From a bacterium (GTDB taxonomy: Bacteria > Patescibacteriota > Saccharimonadia > Saccharimonadales > SZUA-47), in contig JAUHXF010000003.1 in the NCBI GenBank assembly GCA_030427125.1, positions 1 through 63,038 on the forward strand: a stretch of DNA of 63,038 nucleotides, in the 5' to 3' direction. Below the pieces are notes generated by a model. That model worked only from the letters and a program-made list of their open reading frames with translations, was not told where the DNA came from and searched no databases. A program made the translations under genes and the position numbers. Shown one piece after another: positions 43,991-51,588 of the stretch. Every line of letters begins with the position of its first letter. Positions within the stretch are counted from its first letter, which is position 1.

Positions 43991-46900
43991 CTATCTCACC
44001 TGTAGGCGCAACGTTGATATACCGAGCTCGGTTTCCCCATCACCTCCAGAGCACACAATACGCAATTGGACTTCTTCCGCTTCAGTTATATCTGAGCTTA
44101 CGTCGTTCCAATCAGTCTTTATGCTCGTCGCATTGTCAGCATCTACGCTGCCATCCATTGTTACCCAATCTTCAGATCCAGAGAGTTGGTATTGCATAGA
44201 ACACTGTGTTCCCGTTGAGCCAGCCGTACTAATAGATGCAATTATTCTGTACTCAGATACAGAGCGCAGATCGAGCCAGGTTCGAGGCTGACCTGGCATT
44301 TCACTCTCATCAGATTCTACCGCCCACTGCGTAATGTTATTTGCAATGATGTATTCACTTACTACAGATGTGACACAGTCAACCCATTCGTTGTCCTGGT
44401 AGCAGCGGAACTTCTGCATGTATTCGTTATAGTATTGTGCACCATTGACACCTATAGGATCATCTGGTGAGTTTGAGCGAGACAGGATGAATAATACTGC
44501 TGATGGATCAGATGAACCGCCGCCAATCTGTACCACACCGCCCTCAGTATTCACACTGAAGAGATCTATACCATTTTCATCTGCGATGTTGAACGCCTTC
44601 TCTGAAGTCACACGAAGACCAAGCGAACCATCGCCGCTCAAGGTAAATGTATCATTGCCTGCGTACGTTACTTGCAGAACTGCATCATTCGCTGCTTCAG
44701 CCTCGAGTGCAACCTGCTTCGCTTCAACGGTGTATGCGCCGAGTACGTTACCGACCGATCGAATACCACTGAAGTTGTTATCGATACCACCTGCGAGTAG
44801 TGTAATTCCATTAATGTTTACCAACTCTCCTTCTCGTGTGAGTCGTATTATTCCGTCTGTAGCGACACTGTTTACATCTATATCAGTGAACTGTTGCGGG
44901 AACTCAAGCCCATCAGCTGGGATGCTATAGTTTGTTTCTGAAACATAATATGTAAGGCCGACAAATACATCGATCAAGCCGTCTTCGCTGGCATCTTCCA
45001 TCGCGACACCTAGCGCTGTACCGGTCTGCGTCGCCTTAACCGCTCGGCCGTCTGGACCACTCGTCAGGTAATCCCCCTTCTCGATCAAGCCATTCGCTAC
45101 ACTCACTTTTGTTGGCAAACGACCCTTCAAGCCTACTGGCACACCATCGACACCGGCGTCGAGAATAATCGCTGCATCGGAAGAGACTACACCAGCAAGA
45201 CCCTTTTGGTATTGCTGACTTGATTTAGCGACTGTGCGATTATCTACAAAGTAAACTACATCACCAGGCTCTGCACCATCACTGTTCTTGTAGTTCTCGG
45301 CGATATCTGCACCATTAGAGATGTTATTGGTGCCGTCTGAAAATACATCTCCATCACTATCTACTCTAAAGACAACATTGCCGACAGAGCCAACATCACT
45401 TCTTAGGGCCAGTAGGTCGACATTTGATGTCGAGCTTGCATTATAGCCTTCAATGACATTGTCACTATATGTAAATGGACCTAGTTCAGTAATGGTAATA
45501 GTATCGATTCCAAAGTCATTATGCCAATTAGTACCTGCGGCCGGTAATGTCACAACAAATCGTACTTGCGTAGAAGGATCGCTCACCACACCACCACCTA
45601 GGTCTAAACTTTCAAAATTCCAGACATCTGTTGGACCTGTAGGCTGATCACCACCACCATACGTTCCTCGGGTCACCCAACCTGCCCCAGCTTCATTTGT
45701 TTGTACTGTTAGTATCGCAGTGTTATCATCACCTCTTTGATTCCAGTAAAAATCAATTGATAGACCATTTGTAGCATCGAACGTAGAGTTATTTGTCATA
45801 GTAAATACATCGCCGAAAGCACCAGGAGTAGAGGCTTCCGTGTATACATATCCGTCCGGGTTGCCACCCTGTCCTGAGACAGGACCGACATCTGTAGATG
45901 GAGTCTGATCGGTGTCATGAACCCAGAAACCATTGCTACCACCCGCTGCTTGTAGGCCTGGTCCTTGCGGCGACACGAACGTCCAAGCTGCTTCATCGGC
46001 ATCATTATCTGCATTAAATGTATATGGTCCGGTTGAAGTACCTGGCAGTTGTGCTGCACCAGTCGTGATCGCACCTTCGAAATAAGCAGTCGAGGACACG
46101 ATGCCGTTAGTACCAGCAACATTGAGCACTGTACCTACATCTAGGCTATTTGCAGTCGTCACTGCGCCGTTGAGGTTAACAGCACCCGTTCCTGTACTAA
46201 ACGTACCTGTTCCACTTATTGAGAAGTTTCCGGCAGTTTGCGTATATCCTGTTACGCCACTCAATGCCCCACTATTTATAATGAGTCCGTTGATTGTGTT
46301 CACGCTAGTCGGAGCTGTAATAGCATTGTTCGCAGTTAAGAAATCTACAATAACTGTAGTCGCATCAACGGTTCCTGTTGTGGAGAGACCGCCTACTGTC
46401 GCAGTGCCAGATGCATCTATCGTCGTGACTCCAGCGACTGCACCTGCATTTATAATGCCGTTATTTCCAATGTCTAGCGAACCTGCTGACAGCGCGATAC
46501 CGTTATTTGCAGTAAACAGTCCGTCAACATCGAGTGCTCCTGTAAATACTGAGTCACCCGCTACATCAATATCAAGTACGGTGTTTCCATTGGTAAAGAG
46601 CCGCAAGCCATTTGCATCAGTTGTACCGAGCTGCGCTGTGCCGCCAAATGCATTTCCACCATTTAGGAATTCCAGACCTGATGAGCCACCACCACCACCG
46701 CCACCTACAACCGCATCACTATCTACTACAAAGAAATTCCACGATCGATCAACGCGAACACCAGCAGTGCCGCCATTGTCACCTTCGTGCACATCAACAT
46801 CGAAACCAGCTGTTGAAATGTTATCTGCTGTTATGATGACGTCGTCAAGCGTTGCGACTGGCTCATCAACAGTGAGCTGGATAGTGTAGTTTGCAGTAGA

Positions 46901-49900
46901 TGCCGCTGAATCGAATGTTACCCGATAATCACCTGTTGCATTCTTAGTAACAGTTGCACCTTCTTCATTGAGAGCAGAACCAGCAACACCATCATACTTA
47001 CCAAAGGCTAGTACACCTTCAAGTAGTGGTGCGCTTGTAGGAGTGGTTAGTGAGACCCACTGTGAACCGTCATAACCCTCGAAGTCAGCACCAGTCCAGC
47101 GTATCGTACCAGCAACCGCACTCACCGTATTTCCTACGCGCAACCCGTCGTTAAACGACTGCAGTGAACTAAATCCTTGTGCAGTATCAAGTCTTGCAAT
47201 ATTGGCAGAAAGCCTTGCATCACCAATTGTTCCAGTCGTGATCTGCGTACCATTAAGGGCAGTCAATCCGCTTCCATCACCCGTGAATGATGAGGCCACA
47301 ACATTGCCGCTGCTCGTGATATCACCTCCAGATATGTCGCCTTCTACCAAAAGGCCCGCGACTTGAGATAGATCACTGTTCACAATTGAGAAGGTTGTCG
47401 TGCCCGATGCATCAAACAGGTCAAGTGTCGTTGTACCTGTACCTATGCGTTGCAAGGTATCAGCATCAAGGATAATATCGCCACTTGCGCTAGACAGTGT
47501 GAGATCTGCAAACGTACCGCTTGAAATTGTTAAGCCATTTGCAGCGGTAATATCACCGTCTATTGTCAATCCACCGTCAACAGTTAGATCATTTTCAAAC
47601 GTCGCAAGACCAGCAGATGTAAAGGTTAATGCGTTGCTTCCGTTGGTTATGATGTTGAGCCCAAATGTATCAGTCGTTCCAAGGATAGCACCTGCACCAA
47701 AACCATTTCCTCCTTGTTCAAACGCAGTTCCGCCGCCTCCGCCGCCTCCGCCACTTGCAGCAGAAACAGGGACAATCGTTGCAGATGTACCGCCATGGGT
47801 CGTGATGTTTCCAGTGCTGCCATCAACGAAGAACTCAACATAATCTCCTGCGGTTAAGTCAAGAATAACGCTTACACTTCTCTCGACAGGATCAACTGCG
47901 GTGTGCACAAACGTATCATGATTGTATACACTCGCGCCGTTCACCTGGACCAACAAGTTCGTCAACGCATTAGCGCTGGTCTCTAGCATGTAGTTTGCAT
48001 CGACTTTATAAACTCCGTCAGTTGCAATTGTGAAGCGACCGTCTGCAGGAGTGTACACAATACCGTTCGATGCATTTGTTGTGCTTGAATACGCTGCATA
48101 ACTACCTGATTGGAACACATCGTATAAAGCTGTGCTAGCATTTGAGTTCGCTGTCGTCGTAACACTGATGTAGTCGCCGGCTGGATCTACACTGCCACCA
48201 CTTGTCAAGCTCACCCAGTCAGTTCCGTTATAGACCTCGAGATCAGCACCAGTCCATCGAATATTTCCAGCATTCGTAAGTGCACTATTGCCAACGGTTA
48301 AGCCACCGCTAAACGTTGTGTTGTTATCGAAAGTGTTTGTACCGCTGAAGTTCTGCACACCATCAAGTCGAGCGATATTCGACGACAGCACAGAGTCTGA
48401 GATTGTACCGCTTGAAATGGCTGAACCGTTTAGGTCAGTTAACACTGAGCCATCACCAGAGAAGCTAAGCCCAGTAATTGAGCCTTCAACAGTTAGATTG
48501 GCTACTTCTCCTGGATCACTGTTTGTAACCACCAGCCCAGTTGCCCCGCTGTTGTCGTTGAGGTCAATTGTCGTACTACCAGCACCATTTCGACGAATAG
48601 TGTTGTCAGCCAAAACAAGCGTATCGCTGGCTGAGTCTAACGTGAGGTTACCAGCACCACCACTAGAAATCGTCAAAGCATCAGCAGCCGATATATTGCC
48701 AATATTTACCAAATCTTCACTATTAAGGTCTAGTGAATCGCCGCTCACCGTGAGGCCGTTGTTGAATGTTGCAGCACCTAATGCGTCGATTGAAAGGGCA
48801 ACATTTCCGTCCGTCACGATGTCGAGGCCATTTGTATCAGTCGTACCGATAACACCAGTAGCATCGAAAGCATTTCCACCTTGCTGGAATGCAGTCGTTC
48901 CGCCGCCACCCCCATCGTTACCGAGTCTCGTTACCGTCATACTTGTGGCATTTGAGATAGTTGTGAACGATTGTGAGGTACCAGCACCCACAAGTCGAAG
49001 CGTATCACCAGCATCAAGCTGCAGTGTCACAGTTGCAGCAGAAGTACCTTGTGTCTCTGTAGTGATTCTTCCATAGTGATAGGACTGTCCACCAGATACA
49101 TCGCTGTATCCACCACCAGTGTCAAGCTGCAGCTTCGCGTTAAATCCAGATCGAGTACCGCTTGCTAATCGACTCGTTACTTGGTAGGAAATCTCATAAT
49201 AGCCATCTTCTGTTACCGTCACTTCATCTGCTGCCAGACTCAATACCGTCGGATTTGAGTTACTAAGCGTTCCGTCGAGGTTGATAGTCGTGAATGACCC
49301 TGACGGAATTGTTGCCCCGCCAGTTGCATCAAAGAATGTTGCCGTTGCTGATGAAACTGCACCAGCACCTCCAGCTGTCAGCGAAACCCAATCAGCTCCG
49401 TTATAGACCTCGAGATCAGTGCCTTGCCAGCGGATAGTTCCAGCAGTTGTCGAGGTTGAATCGCCAAGTGTCACTCCACCTGCGAGCACTGCGTTTCCAT
49501 TCTTATCGACTGTAAGCGCATTTGAACCGTCACCCTGCAATTGGAGCAATGCCCCACTACCAGTCTGGTTGAGTCGCAATGCAGCTACTGCTGAATTGAG
49601 TGCCTGAACGCTTGATGGTGATAGTTGCGCGAGGTCATCACCGGTCAATGCGTTACCCGCTCCATCTAAAACAGCCCCGGCACGAAAGGCGTACGGGACT
49701 GCAGTGAGTTTGAAGCGTGGCGTCATCTCGCCATCCGATTCAACATTCATGCCGAGCCAAAGTTCTTGATCCCACGGTATCGTATTCGGGAATGCTGTCA
49801 CATCGCCGAGGTAGACGCTAAAGTAACCGTTGCGAATCGTGACTTGATTGCCACCTGTTCGGGATTCAGTCCAGAGTGTTGAACCACCTGTATCAACAGA

Positions 49901-50173
49901 GTAGAGATTGAACTCGATATCATAGTCACCATCATCGACAAGTGATCCGCCGTTTGTCAGCAATCGCCCCTGGAAGTTGAGGGTGTCAGACGTAGCAGCT
50001 TCAGCTGGTGTGAAGATAGCGAGAGAAGTAATAACAGATACGAACAAAATAAAAATTGGCAAAAGAAAACTAATGGTAGTTCCCTTTTGCCATTTGGCAT
50101 GCCTTTGCTTATTAGGAAGCACGTGTCGCAAAATATTGCCCGCTTTTGTTTTTGTTTTTTTGATTTCTACCAA
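43991..50173 (-). CDS. Giant modular cell-surface fibre protein (2060 aa) built from tail-fibre-like modules
   Basis: N-terminal basic segment plus TM/signal (ISFLLPIFILFVSVITSLAIFTPAEA). Three super-modules each open with a poly-Gly run followed by TAF(Q/E)QGGN(A/G)F, and contain S(F)SGDGS.LT.LNG and IRW.G.D(L/F)E.Y(N/D)G..WVSLT motifs. A MAM-like domain ends NWHNDFGIDTITI. The TTG start at 50173 is uncertain. Confidence 0.8.
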   Translation of the reverse strand: MVEIKKTKTKAGNILRHVLPNKQRHAKWQKGTTISFLLPIFILFVSVITSLAIFTPAEAATSDTLNFQGRLLTNGGSLVDDGDYDIEFNLYSVDTGGSTLWTESRTGGNQVTIRNGYFSVYLGDVTAFPNTIPWDQELWLGMNVESDGEMTPRFKLTAVPYAFRAGAVLDGAGNALTGDDLAQLSPSSVQALNSAVAALRLNQTGSGALLQLQGDGSNALTVDKNGNAVLAGGVTLGDSTSTTAGTIRWQGTDLEVYNGADWVSLTAGGAGAVSSATATFFDATGGATIPSGSFTTINLDGTLSNSNPTVLSLAADEVTVTEDGYYEISYQVTSRLASGTRSGFNAKLQLDTGGGYSDVSGGQSYHYGRITTETQGTSAATVTLQLDAGDTLRLVGAGTSQSFTTISNATSMTVTRLGNDGGGGGTTAFQQGGNAFDATGVIGTTDTNGLDIVTDGNVALSIDALGAATFNNGLTVSGDSLDLNSEDLVNIGNISAADALTISSGGAGNLTLDSASDTLVLADNTIRRNGAGSTTIDLNDNSGATGLVVTNSDPGEVANLTVEGSITGLSFSGDGSVLTDLNGSAISSGTISDSVLSSNIARLDGVQNFSGTNTFDNNTTFSGGLTVGNSALTNAGNIRWTGADLEVYNGTDWVSLTSGGSVDPAGDYISVTTTANSNASTALYDVFQSGSYAAYSSTTNASNGIVYTPADGRFTIATDGVYKVDANYMLETSANALTNLLVQVNGASVYNHDTFVHTAVDPVERSVSVILDLTAGDYVEFFVDGSTGNITTHGGTSATIVPVSAASGGGGGGGGTAFEQGGNGFGAGAILGTTDTFGLNIITNGSNALTFTSAGLATFENDLTVDGGLTIDGDITAANGLTISSGTFADLTLSSASGDIILDADTLQRIGTGTTTLDLFDASGTTTFSIVNSDLSQVAGLLVEGDISGGDITSSGNVVASSFTGDGSGLTALNGTQITTGTIGDARLSANIARLDTAQGFSSLQSFNDGLRVGNTVSAVAGTIRWTGADFEGYDGSQWVSLTTPTSAPLLEGVLAFGKYDGVAGSALNEEGATVTKNATGDYRVTFDSAASTANYTIQLTVDEPVATLDDVIITADNISTAGFDVDVHEGDNGGTAGVRVDRSWNFFVVDSDAVVGGGGGGGSSGLEFLNGGNAFGGTAQLGTTDANGLRLFTNGNTVLDIDVAGDSVFTGALDVDGLFTANNGIALSAGSLDIGNNGIINAGAVAGVTTIDASGTATVGGLSTTGTVDATTVIVDFLTANNAITAPTSVNTINGLIINSGALSGVTGYTQTAGNFSISGTGTFSTGTGAVNLNGAVTTANSLDVGTVLNVAGTNGIVSSTAYFEGAITTGAAQLPGTSTGPYTFNADNDADEAAWTFVSPQGPGLQAAGGSNGFWVHDTDQTPSTDVGPVSGQGGNPDGYVYTEASTPGAFGDVFTMTNNSTFDATNGLSIDFYWNQRGDDNTAILTVQTNEAGAGWVTRGTYGGGDQPTGPTDVWNFESLDLGGGVVSDPSTQVRFVVTLPAAGTNWHNDFGIDTITITELGPFTYSDNVIEGYNASSTSNVDLLALRSDVGSVGNVVFRVDSDGDVFSDGTNNISNGADIAENYKNSDGAEPGDVVYFVDNRTVAKSSQQYQKGLAGVVSSDAAIILDAGVDGVPVGLKGRLPTKVSVANGLIEKGDYLTSGPDGRAVKATQTGTALGVAMEDASEDGLIDVFVGLTYYVSETNYSIPADGLEFPQQFTDIDVNSVATDGIIRLTREGELVNINGITLLAGGIDNNFSGIRSVGNVLGAYTVEAKQVALEAEAANDAVLQVTYAGNDTFTLSGDGSLGLRVTSEKAFNIADENGIDLFSVNTEGGVVQIGGGSSDPSAVLFILSRSNSPDDPIGVNGAQYYNEYMQKFRCYQDNEWVDCVTSVVSEYIIANNITQWAVESDESEMPGQPRTWLDLRSVSEYRIIASISTAGSTGTQCSMQYQLSGSEDWVTMDGSVDADNATSIKTDWNDVSSDITEAEEVQLRIVCSGGDGETELGISTLRLQVR

Positions 50174-50257
50174 ATAGAGGAGGTACGTATACCTACGCTG
50201 TTATTTGGCTTTGATCTGTTTTTTGTTGTTTTTGTTTTGTCAGTCAGATCAACTACT

Positions 50258-50286
50258 ACTGTACCGTCTCTGTTGCTCCGGGTCAA
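50258..50286 (-). promoter_or_regulatory. Candidate sigma70 promoter TTGACC-17-TACAGT for the 2060-aa gene
   Basis: The minus strand reads TTGACC (50286..50281), a 17-nt spacer, and TACAGT (50263..50258). This would give a CA/A-rich leader of about 80 nt. Confidence 0.4.
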
Positions 50287-50471
50287 GGATTCATAAGAAG
50301 TTTCACCCCAGTTATCCACATAGCTGTAACGTTCATCACTCCAAATGGGATGTCCTAGGAATAACGCGTTCTACTTCAGCTTGAATGCATAGCCTTACGT
50401 AACTAGCAAGATAATACCATTACTTCTGTACACACTAGCTCCACCCCCGTTATCGGGACCATTTCTAGCGA

Positions 50472-50494
50472 ATGCAGAGGTCGGACCTCTGCAT
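50472..50494. repeat. Copy 2 of the perfect palindrome, here 23 nt (atgcagaggtc-g-gacctctgcat), 15 nt after the hydrolase stop
   Basis: An 11-bp perfect stem with a single central base and no flanking U-tract. It is identical to 51533..51555. Confidence 0.9.
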
Positions 50495-50509
50495 GTATGC
50501 TTCCACGCT

Positions 50510-51445
50510 CTACTGTATGTTCGTGATGCTGTCTACGTAGTTATAAGTGAGAAGAGATATGCGAGCCATTTCCTGACTTGCAACGGGGTCAGTGCCTCTA
50601 ATTACGATACAAAGGCTATAATTAGCCGCCCCATCTTGTGCATATACAATTCCACAATCAGTTCTATAGATACTAGAGAAACTCCCAAACTTATGAGACA
50701 CACGAACATCCTCTGGTAAGAGCTTTGTTATACGATCTGTTGAGTTCGTTCTCGACAAAATCTCAAGGATTTCATTAGAATCCGTCTTATTGTTGTAGCA
50801 TGCAAGATAGAGGCACTTAAAGAGTCGTGAATATTGCTGAGAGGTTATGGTAAGCCGATTATCCACATCTACTGTTCGCTGTTCGTCTAGCGTGTTAAAC
50901 ACATTTAAAACACTCTCGGCTTGAAATGGTAGTAGTGATATGAGTGTTTCCGATGCGGTGTTATCTGACTCAATAAGCATGATATTAACTAATTCTTCAA
51001 TTGAATATGATTTACCGAGTGCTGTTTTATAGAGGTCACCGTATTCATCGTTCAAAAGATCCTCTGTAATTGTTACTTGCTGGTCGAACGATAAATTGCC
51101 ACGTTCTACGAGCTTATAGATTTCCATTGCGACAGCAGTCTTCATGAGAGATGCAGCAACGACTTCTAGCTCAGGGTTAATGGTGAAGGAAACCCCACTC
51201 GAGAGATATTCAAAATAAACTCCTATGTTTTCATTATCTGGGCCTATGTCGTTCAATAACGCGTTCTTTAACCCCGTGAAATCAAACCGTATATCATTAG
51301 GGTTCTCAATAAAAAGCTGTTTCGCTAGATACGGAAACTCTTGGGCTTGCTGCGTTTCATGTCGAATCTCGTACTGATACCCTATAAAGAGCCCTAGCAC
51401 AAACACGACGAGCAATACAGCTGCTTGTTTGATTCCAGTGTTCAT
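50510..51445 (-). CDS. Membrane-anchored class A beta-lactamase-fold serine hydrolase
   Basis: SxxK (AASLMKT), SDN (IESDNTASETL) and a KTG-like KFG (SHKFGS), in the canonical order and spacing. N-terminal TM (AAVLLVVFVLGLFIG). I moved the start to ATG 51445, because the ORF-track start at 51499 is a TTG lying inside promoter-like sequence. Confidence 0.65.
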   Translation of the reverse strand: MNTGIKQAAVLLVVFVLGLFIGYQYEIRHETQQAQEFPYLAKQLFIENPNDIRFDFTGLKNALLNDIGPDNENIGVYFEYLSSGVSFTINPELEVVAASLMKTAVAMEIYKLVERGNLSFDQQVTITEDLLNDEYGDLYKTALGKSYSIEELVNIMLIESDNTASETLISLLPFQAESVLNVFNTLDEQRTVDVDNRLTITSQQYSRLFKCLYLACYNNKTDSNEILEILSRTNSTDRITKLLPEDVRVSHKFGSFSSIYRTDCGIVYAQDGAANYSLCIVIRGTDPVASQEMARISLLTYNYVDSITNIQ

Positions 51446-51475
51446 CCTCGTTTTTTTGTCTACCTTTTCATAAGC

Positions 51476-51481
51476 ATTATA
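51476..51481 (-). promoter_or_regulatory. Candidate -10 box (TATAAT) for the hydrolase gene
   Basis: The minus strand reads GGGGTATAATGC 30 nt upstream of ATG 51445. I found no convincing -35 element. Confidence 0.3.
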
Positions 51482-51531
51482 CCCCTGCCATATATACAAT
51501 TCCTATATAATTCTGTGTATTTTTAAGTCTT

Positions 51532-51556
51532 TATGCAGAGGTCGGACCTCTGCATA
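51532..51556. repeat. Copy 3 of the perfect palindrome, here 25 nt (tatgcagaggtc-g-gacctctgcata), 32 nt after the stop of the >3816-aa gene
   Basis: A 12-bp perfect stem. It has the same central base orientation as the other two copies, and no U-tract. Confidence 0.9.
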
Positions 51557-51588
51557 GACTTATTCACGTATTATTTTTTCAACTATTC

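Noticed and set aside
46101-46889. Long plus-strand ORFs inside the giant genes: 46101..46889 and 48288..49076 (both 262 aa), and also 44445..44930, 47400..47843, 59432..59950 and 60419..60718.
   Set aside because: They are antisense to much longer, motif-rich minus-strand frames. Their products are low-complexity P/S/V/A strings. Two of them are the same length only because they mirror the repeated modules. These are composition artefacts, not genes.
50287-50471. Small ORFs of 17-19 codons in the long spacer, for example MNVTAMWITGVKLLMNP preceded by GGAG.
   Set aside because: They are too short, without conservation evidence, and the spacing to the GGAG is poor. I cannot support them from sequence alone.
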